The notes under the pieces: model-generated
What the model was told of the DNA's origin: nothing
Database searches by the model: none
What the model saw: the letters and a program-made list of their open reading frames with translations, nothing else
Position numbers and translations under genes: made by a program
Part shown: positions 1-13,389 of the stretch, piece by piece
Layout: each line of letters opens with the position of its first letter
Numbering within the stretch: position 1 is the first letter of the stretch
NCBI GenBank assembly: GCA_024137785.1
Contig: JAHRHZ010000116.1
Span: forward strand, 485,421 to 549,420
Origin: Ginglymostoma cirratum
Lineage: Eukaryota
Direction of reading: 5' to 3'
DNA length: 64,000 bases

Positions 1-2626
1 GAACTTTTGACGAGGACTCGTCTACTGAGGTGGTATGGGCTGAGGTCAGAAACAGGAGAGGAGAGGTCACACTGCTGGAAGTTTTTTATAAGCCTCCGCA
101 AAGGTCCAGGGATATGGAGGAGAGCATCGGCAAAACGATTCTGGGCAGGAGTGAAAGGAACAGGGTGGTCATTATGGGAGACTTTAACTTCCCCAAAATT
201 GACTGGAAATGCTATAACTCGAGTACGTCGGATGGATCTGTTTTTGTCCAATGTGTGCAGGAGGGTTTCCTGACACAGTATGTCGAAGGGCCGACAAGAG
301 GGGAGGCCACACTGGATCTGGTACTTGGTAATGAACCAGGCCAGGTGTTTGATTCAGTGGTAGGTGAGCACTTTGGAGAGAGTGACCATAATTCGGTTAC
401 GTTCAGTTTAACGATGGAAAGGGACAGGAACATGCCACTGGGCAAGAGTTATAGATGGTGGAAAGGCAATTATAATGCGCTTATGCAAGACTTAGGAGGG
501 ATAGAATGGGGTCGCAAAATGCAGCGGATGTGGACAATCGAAATGTGGAGCTGGTTTAAGGAACAGAGATTGCGTGTCCTTGATAGGTATGTCCCTGTCA
601 GGCAGGGAGGAAGTGATAAGCTAAAGGAACCTTGGTTTACAATAGAAATTGTATCTCTTGTCAAGCGGAAGAGGGAGGCTTATGTGACATTGAGACAAGA
701 TGGTTCAGACTAGGCGATGGAGAATTACAGATTAGCTGGGAAGGATTTAAAGAGAGAGTTAAGAATAGCAAGGAGGGGACATGAGCAGTCATTAGCAGGT
801 AGAATTAAGGGGAACACTAAAGCTTTCTACAGGTATGTGGTGAATAAAATGATGACTCGGGTAAGAATTGGGCCAGTCAAATAGAGAAGTGGGAAGTTGT
901 GCGTGGACCTGTGGAGATCGGAGAGGTGCTAAACAAATATTTTTCATCTGTTTTCAATCGGGAAAAGGAGAATATTGTAGAGGAGAAGACTGAGATACGG
1001 GCTATTAGACTTAAAAGGATTGAGGTTCGTAAGGAGGAGGTGTTATCAATCCTAGAAAATGTGAAGGTAGATAAATCCCCTGGGCCAAATGGGATTTTTC
1101 CGAGGATTCTTTGGGAAGCTAGGGAGGAGATGGCGGGAACTTTGGCCCTGATCTTTGATTCGTCATTGGCTACAGGTTTAGTACCAGATGACTGGAGGAT
1201 TGCAAATGTTGTGTCCTTGTTCAAGAAGGGCAGTAGATATGACCCAGGTAATTATAGACCATTGAGCCTGACATCTGTTGGAGGAAAAGTTTTGGAAAGG
1301 ATTATAAGAGATAGGAATAATAATCATCTAGCAAGCAACAATTTGATTGGAGATAGTCAACATGGATTCGTCAAGGGCAGGTCGTGTCTCACAAACCTCA
1401 TTGAGTTTTTTAAGAAGGTGACCAAGCATGTGGATGAGGGTAGGGCAGTTGACGTGGTGTACATAGAATTCAGTAAAGACTTTGATAAGGTTCCACATGG
1501 TAGGCTATTGGAGAAAATGCGGAGGCATGGGATTGAGGGAGATTTAGCAGTTTGGATTGGAAACTGGCTTTCTGAAAGAAGGCAAAGAGTGGTGGTTGAT
1601 GGAAAATATTCAGCCTGGAGTCCGGTTACGAGTGGTGTGCCACAAGGATCTGTTGTGGGACCACTGCTGTTTGTCATTTTTATAAATGACTTGGACGCAG
1701 ACATCGGTGGATGGGTTAGTAAGTTTCCAGATGACAGTAAGGTCGGTGGAGTGGTGGACAGTGTGGAAGAATGTTGCAGGTTGCAGGGAGACTTGGATAA
1801 ACTGCAGAATTGGGCTAAAAGGTGGCAAATGGAGTTCAATGCAGATAAATGTGAGGTTATTCACTTCGGGAAGAATAATAGGAAGGCAGAATACTGGGTC
1901 AATGGAAAGATTCTTGGTAGTGTGAATGTGCAGAGGGATCTTGGTGTCCAGGTACATAGATCCCTGAAAGTTGCCACCAAGGTTGATAGTGCTGTTAAGA
2001 AGGCATACGGTGTGTTGGGTTTCATTGGTAGAGGGTATGAGTTCAGGAGCCGTGATGTCATTCTGCAACTGTGCAAAACGCTAGTGCGGACTCACTTGGA
2101 ATATTGCGTACAGTTCTGGTCGCCCCGTTGCAGGAAGGATGTGGAAGCATTGGAAAAGGTGCAGAGGAGATTTACCAGGATGTTGCCTGGTCTGGAGTGA
2201 AGGTCTTCTGAGGAAAGGCTGAGGGACTTGGGTCTGTTCTCATTGGAGAGAAGAAGGCAAAGAGAGGATTTAATAGAGACCTACAAAATGATCAGAGGAT
2301 TAGATCGGTTGGACAGTGAGAGTCTTTTTCCTCGGATGATGACGTCGGCTAGTACGAGGGGGCATAGCTGCAAATTGAGGGGTGATAGATTTAAGACAGA
2401 TGTCAGAGGCAGGTTCTTTACTCAGACAGTGGTAAGGGCGAGGAATGGCCTGCCTGCCAATGTAGTTAACTCGGCCACATTCGGGGCATTTAAACAGTCC
2501 TTGGATAAGCATATGGATGATGAGGGGATAGTGTAGGGGGTGGGCTTAGATTAGTTCACAGGTCGGAGCAACATCGAGGGCCGAAGGGCCTGTTCTGCGC
2601 TGTATTGTTCTATGTTCTGTGTTCTA
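1..2626 (+). mobile_element. CR1-clade LINE, ORF2 (APE endonuclease + reverse transcriptase) with stops/frameshifts and intact 3' end
   Basis: ORFs 30-713 (MGDFNFP, LDLVL, SDHN endonuclease motifs), 899-2200 (PGPNG, QHGF, GVPQGSVVGP, FPDD RT motifs) and 2228-2536 (CR1 C-terminus). Ends in a (TTCTAT)-like tail near 2605-2626. Confidence 0.95.
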
Positions 2627-4030
2627 AACCAGGTTTTGAAAACGAGATGAAATGTATTTATTCGACAATGAATTACAGAAATGAGCTTGCATCCTGCACA
2701 CATTTTTTTTCAAGCTACAACGCAACCTCTCCCAGTTTCTTGGCGTTTGGACAGTCAAATACCGGCCCTTTTAAAAGCAAAACAACACACAGGCTGTCTC
2801 TGAGTTCAAAGGACACCTCCCACATTCCATCATTTTCATTGATCACACTGCACTCTGATGGTGTGTACTGTAATTTTAATGGAACACGTGTTTACGCCGA
2901 CCAACATCTCTCTAAGATTCAGTAAATAGTTTCAATTAACACTTACTCGTTCTTTATTGCAATGGTGCAATCACCCTTAAAATGTAGTATCATACGATTT
3001 CAAGATATTTTTTGTCTGGCATTCTAGCTGCAGCTTTATTCCACATTGTGACAGGATAAAAACGTTCTCAAATGAGCAATACTGCTTCCCCAGATATATG
3101 CCACGGTACAAACTAATAGAGATCCAAATATGCTTCTATCTAAACTGATTTCATGTAGTCCCGTGTTGCTTTGTAAAGGGTTTATGCAACATGGAGAGAT
3201 TTGTATTGAAATAGCACTTGAATCAGATTTCAATTTAGGCCTTCCAGTTCAGAGACGGGGAGTAAAAGAGCAAGTTATCAAAAGTGACACATTCGAATCC
3301 ACAACAATTTGCATTAATTACATTATCACAAATCGAGTGTTATACTTCCAGTCAAATGAGCTAACAGCCTTCTTTAGATCTGAGCTATGTCATATTTGCT
3401 GTGTACTGGTTTACATCATCATTTGGCCTTCAAATGAGAAAGAAAGGAAGGAAACAGAAATTTCATTCTCTGACTGCTATTTTTTGAATTTAACTATGAC
3501 TTTATGGAACATTTAGAGATGTTTATTTTCGCATCTCTGCTGTGAATCTGAGGTGTACATGATCAGAATCGATGCTTCTTTATCGTAATGACGGAAGCTC
3601 TGTAGAAAATGCTCAGGAAGAACTGGATCCTGAATGTAGATTAACGTGTACCCTTTAAAATACTGCACCTCATCAGGTTGCAATGGAGCAAAGCTCTCCT
3701 ACTTAACAGAATCTCACATATGACGAACACAGCCAACACTATGAGAGAAGTCAATGAGATGTTGTTGATATCTGCTGCTGTTGTCTCTTCATAAAGCATC
3801 TCGTGTTTTGGGACGAGTTCGAGTTTAAAACGGACCTTTACTTAGACGAGAAATTCGATGGAGCTGTGTCTTCGTCGGCGAAGGAATCAAATACAACTCA
3901 GGTTGCAAGACTGAATCAAACAGTGACCATAAAAGTCGCAAATAATACAAAGTAGAAAATGAGGCAGATGGAAGAAACCTTAAAGTGACGCCGCAGTGTA
4001 ATAGTCATTTTTGTCCAGGGAAAAAAAAAG

Positions 4031-4135
4031 TCTCTGGCGATACACTCTATCTATGCCTCTCATCATCTAGTCCACCTCTATCAAGTCACCTCACATCCTT
4101 CTTCGCTCAAATGAGAAAATCCCTAGATCCCTCAT
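4031..4135 (-). mobile_element. Short CR1 3' fragment
   Basis: Reverse complement resembles the CR1 'RGDLIEVY..MRGIDRV' region seen at 2240-2320. Confidence 0.55.
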
Positions 4136-4316
4136 GACATCTGTCATTTATTTACTGAGCTGTTCCTGGAAACATTTCTGTGATCGTTTGATTGAAGGTT
4201 AAGTTGGTTTCCTCATATTGTTCTTATCTTTTTGTTCCAGCGCCTGACCACACTTTGCTCCTGTTTGTATCTGCCTACGATTTCACAACCTCCAGCAGAC
4301 GGAAGCACCCACCTTC

Positions 4317-4353
4317 AGTTTTTGTGTGGTGCTAGCATCATTCTGTCATAGTG
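4317..4353 (-). other. Recombination signal sequence of the 4.4-kb V pseudogene
   Basis: Minus strand: CACTATG, 21-bp spacer (short), ACAAAAACT, directly after TAT CAC TGC ACT GTG (YHCTV). Confidence 0.75.
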
Positions 4354-4797
4354 AGTCACAGTGCAGTGATACAGCGTTGGTCAACTGCTTAAACTGGTAA
4401 ATTAATTTTCATTCTGAAGTCCCACAGATGAAGGATTTTTTGCAAATTCTGCAGTATCTTCAGTAGCTCTGGAGTGTTTGTTCAGAATAAACTCCGGCAT
4501 TGTGTCTGAGCGCTGCCAGTACAAATACAACTAATTATCGTTGTAATCTTTCGTAGTAGGTCAATTGCAACGCCGCTGCGTCTATTCTAACACCTGAAGT
4601 GAGCGGCTGAGTGACAGAATTTCCAAGATTCATATCTGATATAGAAAAATATGAATAACTAAAAGTACACATTTGGACAGGAGTATACAAACCCAGACAC
4701 GCTTCGATTTAGACCATGCTTGATAAATTGTGCCAGCAGAATTACGCACACCTGTGAGAAATGCCTCCAAAGGAGCACAAATTTTGAATAGCCTGAT
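4354..4797 (-). pseudogene. TCR alpha/delta V pseudogene (family A)
   Basis: 46-nt leader 4752-4797 with ATG mutated to ATC (IRLFKICAPLEAFLT-G/gt). Acceptor tatcag, then V exon 4354-4635: MNLGNSVTQPLTS...LYLYWQRSDTMPEFILNKHSRATEDTAEFAKN...FTSL...YHCTV, with stops and frameshifts. Confidence 0.85.
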
Positions 4798-5130
4798 TGT
4801 CGCTGCGTGTTCTTCCAAACGGCGGGAGGATACCTGAAAGAAACATTTCTAAGTGTCACCCTCCATAAGTTATTGAAGTCTCTCAGAATGTGATCACTTC
4901 ACTGCCTTTCCTCGCCAGTGGTTCAGTAAAACGAGAAGCTGGTGAGGTGGCTCTCCTTAAATGGAAGCAGATTGAGATGGGTAACACTCAGTTATCTTGC
5001 AGACAGTACGATTTTCATAACTTGGAAAGGGGCTTTAGCGAATGATTTCATTGCACGTATTCAATTCACGGAATATAAGTAGTGCTGCTAAGGCGGGCAA
5101 TTGCTATGAATTTCGGAGTAGGTTCCACAC

Positions 5131-5489
5131 TTCTCCCTCCCTCTCTCTCTCTCTCTCTTTATAACCACACACCCATAACACCGATTGAATATATTTACTA
5201 CAGAGGTAGGTAATTCATTGAATATTGACGGAATTGCGATTTAGTGGCATGACTTCCTGAGGTTGAATTGAGGAGGACAATAACCCAGGATATTCTATAA
5301 ACGGTAAATTAGGTTATCTTTCAATAAGTTCATGCCTGAATATCAAATCGGTGTCCTTTCATGTTGTTTATTTCTGATTGTAATAGCCTGGATAACTCAT
5401 TCTTTCCTTAATGCATTCTTTAACACGCATGCATTCACACAAATGCGTGTACCTGCACACGTGTATACACACACACGCACACACACACA
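5131..5489. repeat. (CT)n and (CA)n microsatellites
   Basis: CT run at about 5131-5158 and CA run at about 5466-5489. Confidence 0.8.
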
Positions 5490-6076
5490 AACAAACACTT
5501 TTCATAGATCTGTATTTAAAGTGTCCAACAATGACAATTTCAGTTGGATAGTGACGTTCTCCTGACTATGAACATGGGCTCGACAGAGTCAATGGCTTCT
5601 TCGCATTCCCTTAAGCAATATACCAACACATCATCTTATTTTGCCATGTTATGCTTGATGAAATGGGTACGTTTGCTCACATCTCCCTATTTCTTTGTTA
5701 CCTTTCTGTGATTTTGGCTCTCATTCACTTTATTATACCACTTCTCATTATCTTTTTTATTTCTTGCTATGTCGATTTTTCATGCACATTGCTGGTGATA
5801 TGGCTCTCCTTCTCTACTTTTCTTTCAATCATTTTGTCTCAAATATTTTCCAACCATTCTTCTTATCCGTTATTGAATCTGAATATTGTTGCTGCTCTCG
5901 AAAATATGCATCCTCCAGCTCTCCCTCTCACTGTCCTCGTGTATGTCCATTCTATTCTCTTAAAGCTCTTATTGTTCTTCATGCTCTCTTCTTTTTGTTT
6001 ATATATTTTGCTGTCTCCGAAATTCTGGCCACCGACTCCAGAAAGTTCTTTCTAAGAACTTGCTCGTATAAATTCG

Positions 6077-7171
6077 CAGAATGGGTTACACACTGAGGAC
6101 GTGGGCACTTTTTGTTAAACTAAGTCCATAGATTTACATGTTGTCCTTAAACAAAGTTCAAGACCTAAGATCTCTTTGGAAATTCGTTTTTGCAGATAAT
6201 TTCTAATCATATTATAAACAGTTATATCAGGCAAAAATAAAGAAATGAGTAAGGCCGATTGCAATGAAATTTAAATTCGCAGTCGACAAGTTGGCATCCA
6301 GAAACTCACTCTGAACAAATACTTTGTCTTAACAAACTGTGAACAGTGACTGCAGGAAACCGACATGAGAATTGGGCAAGTGCTGTTCAGAATTACAGGC
6401 AGGAGAGCAAAAAGGAACATAAGGAGAAAACAAATAATTTAGCTGTAATCGGTGAATTTATGAAGTTCATTGTGACATTCCAGTTCAGAACAATAAGAAC
6501 AGCTACGAACTCGAGGGCAGAACGGTGGTCAGTGGTTGGTACTACAACCTCACAGCGCTAGGGGCGCGGGTTCAATTCCAGCCTTGGGTGACTGTCTGTG
6601 TGGAGTTTGTACGTTTTCCCCATGTCTGCGTGGGTTCCCCCCGGGCGCTCTAGTTTCCTCCCACAGTCCAAAGATACGTAGGGTAGGTGGATTGGCCATG
6701 CTAAATTGCCCATAGTGTCCAGGAATGTTCAGGTTACTTGGATTAGACATAAGGAAATCAGGCACAGGGGAATCGTACTGGGTGGGATGACCTTCAGACG
6801 GAAAGTGTGGACATGTTGGGCCCAATCACCTCTTTTCATACTTTAGGGATCTATGATCTTAAACTTAGAAGTTTGACTGCCTGCTCTTCTGTCCAGGCAT
6901 ACAATGTTGTTCACTAACAACTTCTGCTAGCATGGCTACATTAATATGTAAGTTCCAAATTGATACCATGTGCCAACTGCGAATTTAAATTTCATTGCAA
7001 TATGTCTTATTCATTTGTTTATTTTAACTGATATCACTGTTTATCATATCATTAGAAATTATCTGTTCAAACGAATTTCCAAAGAGATTGTAGGTTTTGA
7101 ATTTTGTTTATAAACAACATGTAAATCTATTAACAAAAAGTGCCCACGTCCTCAGTGTCTGACCCATTCTG
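6077..7171. repeat. Diverged inverted duplication, arms about 6077-6309 and 6948-7171
   Basis: Left arm cagaatgggttacacactgaggacgtgggcactttttgttaa...ttgcaatgaaatttaaattcgcagt is the reverse complement of the right arm, with scattered mismatches. Confidence 0.9.
6514..6860 (+). mobile_element. tRNA-derived SINE, HE1/V-SINE-like
   Basis: Pol III B box ggttcaattcc, central tgtgtggagtttg...tctgcgtgggtt...tttcctcccacagtccaaaga domain, CR1-like tail. Confidence 0.85.
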
Positions 7172-7599
7172 AAAAGCTGTGAGAAAAGCTGCCTTTTACT
7201 GCCGTCTCGTGAGGTGTACGTATAATCAGTGCTTTGACCGTAAATTGAGAGGAAGTGTTAATATTTATTTTTCAATCAATGTACATGCTTGTGCAATGCT
7301 ATGCCTCTGTGCCCAGCAGATTCGGAGGTAGGAGTTCAAGCTAAAGCTTATGATACAAAGGTGGGTATATTATCACGTTATGGCAAGTCAACTCGAAAGA
7401 GTAACTATGTTCACCTAAAATATCAGATTTAATCATTGATTGATAAAGTTTGCGTTTTATATTCCTCATAGTGATATTGGACTTTCGAGAGTCCTGAAAT
7501 GTAAACAACTAGAAATTTCTTTGGATTTCTGTTGCATTTCTCACTAAAAAACATCGGGTTGCCAGTGAACTTTTTTTTTTAACATAATCGAGGGCTGTT

Positions 7600-8330
7600 T
7601 CTGAATGATCGTTATCAAAGAGAAAATGAGAATAAAGTCTGAGATGAAGAAAGAATATACACGATGCAAGGCAAAGGAGCTTGTAGCACGGATTGAAATT
7701 GGCTGGAACGAATTTATGTGCAGAGACATGGCTGTAACGGCATCAGAGGCGAGGAATAAATGCCGAAACATACAGGTCTGATTGGGAGGACAGGAAGAAG
7801 TCTGGTGTTGCATTGTTAGTATGAATAAAATTGAACCGATTGCAGGAATCGAAATAGGGCCAGAAGACATAGAATCTGTGTGAATAGAGTTCAGGAACTG
7901 CGTAGGTAGAAATAAAGACCTGACGAGAGTTATGCACAAGCTCCCGAAAAACAGTCAGATGGTGGGACAGAAAATAAATCAAGCAAAGAAGAAGGAAAAT
8001 AAGAAAGACATTATTCTGAGAATCATAGCGTAATCGATATGCAGACAGACTGGGAAAATGAAATTGACAGCGGGTCCCAATAAAAACAATTTTTTTGAAT
8101 GTGTACGGTATGCTTTTTGGAGCATCTGTGTTCGAGGCAAATAGGAAATAGGCAATTATGGATTTGATAATGTTTAATGAGAAAGACATTAATAGGCAAT
8201 TTAAACTGAAGAAATCCGTTTCAGTGATGAGGACAAAATTATACAATTCACCCTGGAGTAAGATTGGAATAAAATGCACAAAGATTACAATTGAGGATAG
8301 GTAGCTAGAAAGACTTGAGGTAGTTTAACT
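7600..8330 (+). mobile_element. Decayed CR1 LINE, endonuclease part
   Basis: Residual similarity to the APE region (gtagaatctgtgtg.atagagttcaggaac; caattatggatttgataatg). Continues after the Penelope insertion. Confidence 0.6.
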
Positions 8331-8344
8331 TTTTAACGAATATC

Positions 8345-9640
8345 AGAAGCTCGCGTTGCGGTTAGTGTTGAGTTTTTCACTGAGCTGACTGGCTTTCATG
8401 TAAACGTTTCGTTTCCCTTCCAAGTGACATCGTCAGCGCTGTTCGCCTCAGTTCAAGTGTTGTTGTTCTGTCCCGCTCTGAATTTAAATGGTCCGGGCTG
8501 TCAAGGTGGGCAGATTTGTTTCCGTTTTTTTTTTCACTGTAGTGGTAAGTACATGAGGTCTATTTGAAGATGTTTGTTAAATGTGCCGATTGTCTAAAAC
8601 CAGGCCTCCAGGAATTCTTGCGCTCATCCTTATTTTGCTTGTCCTAGTACTCTAACTGTGGCCCGGTTTAATTGATGTCCCTCTATACCGAGTGTATTGA
8701 AACGAAGGAGAGTCAGCCGTGCCGTTTTGCTATGAGTTAGTGTTCATGCATACTGGTCACGAGTTTTCGTCCGTCTGTCCTATGTAGTGTTTCTCGCAAT
8801 TGCTGCACGGTATTTATATATTTTACATTTGGCCTGCTCATTGTGGGCATGTTTCACTACTCTGTTTAAACGAATGATAACTCACTTCAACACTCCAGAG
8901 CTGTGCAAAAATGAAGAACAGCACGTATACAGAGTCTTTGCAAATAATGGTTATCCTAACAGCTTCGTCCGCTGATGCGTATCAAGCAAACAACCCCAAA
9001 AACACACTGTACACCCCAACACACTGTCTACCCCACGCTATGCTAGAAACACATCAGAACTGACTACAAAACTTTTAAGACCTCTTGGAATGAGGATCGC
9101 ACACAACCCAACAGCCACATTTCGACAGTTATTCTCAAAGACGAAAGATTCCATACCTACAATGAGCAAGACAAATATGATAATATAAAATACCATGTAG
9201 CAACTGCAAGGAACATTACATTGGACAGATGGGCAGGAAATGCGCCACCAGAGTACATGAACACTAACTCGCAGCAAAACAGCACGAAAAACTCTCCCTC
9301 CTTTCGAAGCACTCCAAAATAGAAGGACAACAGTTTAACTGGGACAAGGTTACGGTTTTAGAGCATGAAAGACAAAGGCAAGTACAAGAATTCCTGAACA
9401 CTTGGTTTTCAAACACCGCTGCAATTACCGATCATTTTGAAATAGACCCCACCAGAACACCATTATGGTACAAAATCAGGAACAAGATGACCAACATGAC
9501 AGGCCGGACCATACAATTTCAGAATGTAACAGAACAACAGCGATTCAACGGAGGCTGGTCAGCATTGACAATGTCATCTAGAAGGGAGGTGAAAAGTTTC
9601 ATGAAAAACAGTCAATTCGGTGAATCAACTAACAAGTTCA
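8345..9640. mobile_element. Penelope-like retroelement with an inverted 3' copy, nested in CR1
   Basis: Plus strand 9180-9265 encodes IYKIPCSNCKEHYIGQMGRKCATRVHEH (GIY-YIG), with NNGYP upstream. 8345-8850 is an inverted copy of the same 3' region. Confidence 0.85.
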
Positions 9641-9649
9641 GGCATGAGG

Positions 9650-11280
9650 GAGCACACGACCAGAGTTGATAGGAAGGCAGCCAATCAGGGAAGATGGTAG
9701 GGCAGCAACAATGGGAAGTTCTGGGGTAATTCGGGATATATAGCAGAAGTTCATCCTAAGGAAGGAGAAGCAATCTAAGAGCAAAGCAAAACCACAACAG
9801 CTGACAAGTTAAGTTAAGAGCCGCATAAAAACAAAATAAAAAGGATATAATATAGTGAAGATTATTGGGAAACTATATTATCGGAAAACCTTGAAAATAA
9901 GCAGAGAACAACTGATAAAAGTAATAAATGCAGCGAAGATTACATATGAGAATGCTAGCTACTCATATAAAAACAAATTGCAAGAGTTAGTTCTGAATAT
10001 ATGGAAGATAAGAGAAGTACAAGAATCTGCATTAGGCAAATGGAAAATGAGGTGGGAGAAATATTAATGAGGAAAAAAAATAGTGTTGGAATTGAATACG
10101 CATTTTGCATCAGTTTTCACGTTTGAAGACCCCGATGGCATATCACAATTTCTGGAGCGTCAGAGGCATATTTGAGTGCAGTGGACATCATGAAGCTGGA
10201 GGTGCTGGGGCAGCTGAAAGGTATGGAGGTGGGTAAGTCACCCAAACCGATGTGCTGTACTGCAACATTCTGACGGAAATATATGAGGAGATACTGGAGA
10301 AACTGATGGTGACCCTTCAGGAATCACTGGAGTCAGACAATGTGCTAGAGGCGTGAAAAATGGTTAATGTAACACGGATCTTTAGGAAGGGAGAGGCATT
10401 TAATAGTATAAATTACAGGCCAATTATCCTGACCTCATTTATTAGTAAGTATGTAGTGACCATTATTAAGGATACTACTTGAAGTGGGTGGAAAAAAAAA
10501 GTGGAAGTCATGCCTCACAACTCCATTGGAATTATTTGAGGAGGTAACGAGAAATTTAGACACAGAACAGCCAGTGTACGTGATCTGTTTGGCTTTCCAG
10601 AGGCCTTTGAAAAGGTGAGCATTCATTTAGAGAGGACAAAAAAAAACAAGAGTCAAAAAAAAAACAAGAGTAGAGATGTCCTGCTGAAAATGTAAACGGC
10701 GATCCACGGATCATTTTTGGGCAATTATGTGAGGTCTTTTAAGTTCATATCCAAGGCAAATTGTGCTGGCCTTGGCGGGAGTGAGGGTACTGGGGGCAGA
10801 TGCAGAGGGGATTCCCAAGAATTATCCTGGGAATGTAGTGCTTGACATATGAGGAACTGTTGAGGACTTTAGATCCGTTCTCAATGGAGGTTAGAATTAA
10901 AAGGGAGATCTTATTGAGCCGCACAGAGTACCAAGAGGCTTGGATACAAAGACCATAAATAAGATATTCCTTATAGTAAGACAGTTTTGGACCGTAGGTC
11001 ACAGCCTTAGCGTGAAGGAACGGATCTTTAGAACTGAGATGAAGAGGAATTTCGACAGCCGGACGGTGGTGAACCTCTGGAACTAGTTTACACAGAAAGT
11101 TGAGGAGACCGAATCATTAAGTGATTTTAAGGTAGAGATAAATATGTTCTTGATTAGCAAGAGATCAGAGACAGAATCCAGGAGAGAGGCTTTATGAAAC
11201 ATTTTTGCCATGATCAAATGGGAGAGCACATTAGTGAGCAGAATTACGTCTTTCTGCTCCGATGTCTTATGTTCTTACTG
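9650..11280 (+). mobile_element. Decayed CR1 LINE, RT and 3' end
   Basis: Remnants of FASVFT.ED, NYRPI.LTS and KSCLT.LLE.FEEVT; ends tcttatgttctta. Confidence 0.8.
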
Positions 11281-12326
11281 TCGAAAATTGGAAACGGGGA
11301 CAAAGGAAAGGGAAGAGGAGGATGAGTTCGAACAGTACAGGATTAATAAAGACACGTGTGGCAGAATTACATTCAGAAGACAGAAGAAGTGTTGAATAGG
11401 AAAATTTAAAACAAAATATGAAATAGTCATCCCGGCTTACAGAAGCTAAACACTCTATAAAGTCATCAATTTCAACAAAAAGCAACATTACAAAATAAAT
11501 TTCCTTCGACATCACTTATAGGTTCGCCATCGTTGGTTACAGAGGTGAACAATCTGAAGCATATCGAACCAGAAAGGATACGAGAAACTCTTCCAGTGAT
11601 GTATAAACGTTCAATCTGTTCATTTTGCGAAATGTGTATATTTGTCAATGCTACTAGCGTGACATTGTTGATGAATTATATCACGAAGTTTCCGTGGCGA
11701 AACAGCAGAAGAAGTCTTGGGCTCACACTTCCAAGAGATCCATTGTTCATACCTCCCCTTAGATGCTCTCACATAGCATGCTCCATTGGCAATATACCAT
11801 CTAGAATCGCTCGGTTGCCTCTCTGTTGTGGAATAGCAATTATAAATATTATGATTCTAGAATATGCATTATGCCAAACCAGAGAGCTATCTGGAGAAAA
11901 AGTGAATTTTATTCTCCTTTGTGTCATGTTCAGTTAGAGACGTTTTACCTGTGGCTGTGTGTCAGTCATAGATTGCGTATCGCAAAGAGTAGTGTGGTTA
12001 CATTTTGGTTCAGGCATCTCAGAATGGAATATGGACTATGGCGAAAAATAAAATGTAGTGCCTATCCTGTTACATGTATTTTTTTACGGTATATTTTCAC
12101 TCCTTTTTGATCAAAGTTGTTTTTTTTTTTTGAAATTAGACATTAGCTCCACGTCCAGGTGGCACCAACAAGGTATTGGTATTTCCAAAGAAAATTGAAT
12201 GAAGACAGAGACAAACAATATTTAACCAAGCCACTCTTTGCATGCTGATGCACGTTTTCTTTTTCTCTCTATCGGTAACCATTTTGCCTAACCTCACAGC
12301 CTGAAAGGCGGTGAATATCCTTTGCC

Positions 12327-12365
12327 AGTTTTTGTACATGTTGACTGTGTCCCTATAACAGTGTG
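12327..12365 (-). other. 23-RSS of the intact V at 12.4 kb
   Basis: CACACTG, 23-bp spacer, ACAAAAACT. Confidence 0.92.
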
Positions 12366-12798
12366 GGACGCAGTGCACAATGATACACGGCGGAGTCAGA
12401 GACAAGAACCCCAAGGACTCTCAATGTAACAATTCTTTTTTCGTTGTCCAAGAAAGCAGCGAACCTGCTGCGGAAATTTGGAGCAGTCTCGCCCATATCA
12501 TTGCCGTATCTCTTCAATACATATGTCAGGGAACTCCCTGGGTATTGAATATACCAGAAGAGGTAAGGAAAAGTATCAGTCGTGGAATAATTGCAGCTCA
12601 GTGTGATAATCTCTCCTTCCTGAGCTGTTAAATCAGACGTATCCTGAGATACTGAATCTATGCCACTCGTACCTGCAACAGGAATATAAAATTCAGATTA
12701 AAAATTGGAGGATGAACACGCAACAAGCACTAGTCTAAAAAGAAACACTCACCAGGCATCAAGATCAGTCCTATCAGCAAGAAACGTGAAGAACACAT
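12366..12798 (-). CDS. TRAV: Apparently functional TCR alpha/delta V segment (family B); leader 12753-12798, V exon 12366-12672
   Basis: Leader MCSSRFLLIGLILMP-G/gtgagt and acceptor ttgcag. Open frame GTSGIDSVSQDTSDLTAQEGEIITLSCNYSTTDTFPYLFWYIQYPGSSLTYVLKRYGNDMGETAPNFRSRFAAFLDNEKRIVTLRVLGVLVSDSAVYHCALR, followed by a 23-RSS. Not in the ORF track. Confidence 0.93.
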
Positions 12799-12882
12799 CG
12801 TTTCAGGTTTAAATGTAAGTGAAATGCAGCTGCATTAAACAACCGTGTTAAAAATGGTGCAAAATATTGAAGAGGGAAAGGA

Positions 12883-12939
12883 TGGCGTCATGTCCTTGAA
12901 TTCGATAAAAGGAAATACTATCCTGTGGCATGATTGGCT
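12883..12939 (-). promoter_or_regulatory. V promoter: CRE-like TGACGCCA and CCAAT box
   Basis: TGACGCCA about 85 bp upstream of the ATG and AGCCAATCA further up. The paralog at 57.9 kb has TGATGCCA at a similar distance. Confidence 0.55.
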
Positions 12940-13389
12940 GATAACTCATTTCTGGTGCGACCTGTGTACCAATCCGTGTCAGTTGCATCTAATTACTTCA
13001 TGATATCCCAAAGCTCATTGCAAACATTTTTTCTCTCTCTTTGTGCGTATATTTCTGTCAGTAATCTGTCTTTCTCTGTCATTTTGCTTCTCACTCGGTC
13101 TCCCACTGAATTCAGTTCCCTGCCATGCCTTTCTACCCATCATGCCTTAGGCCTTCATTTGAATGTTTCTGTCCTGTTTCTTCATGAATTTGAAAGTGAA
13201 AGCATTATTTATGTCAATGTATTCCATTAGTAACTACAAATTTACTGAGATTAACAGCACGATATACAGGTATTATGATAATAGTTGCCTTTGAAATTAC
13301 TGATTCAAGATCAAACACGATACTTTGAACTGGAGAAACTTCAAGAAGTGGTGACGTGCACCGACAGTTGTACTACATAATCTTAACGA

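Noticed and set aside
899-2200. Active reverse transcriptase gene
   Set aside because: ORF2 is broken by stops at 711-713 and 2198-2200 and by frameshifts, and the FADD motif reads FPDD.
5651-6096. Hydrophobic ORFs resembling membrane proteins (also 12934-13230, 18972-19190, 45224-45604)
   Set aside because: By-products of pyrimidine-rich low-complexity tracts, with no domain motifs or exon structure.
6514-6590. tRNA gene
   Set aside because: The A/B boxes run straight into SINE body sequence, with no cloverleaf or terminator.
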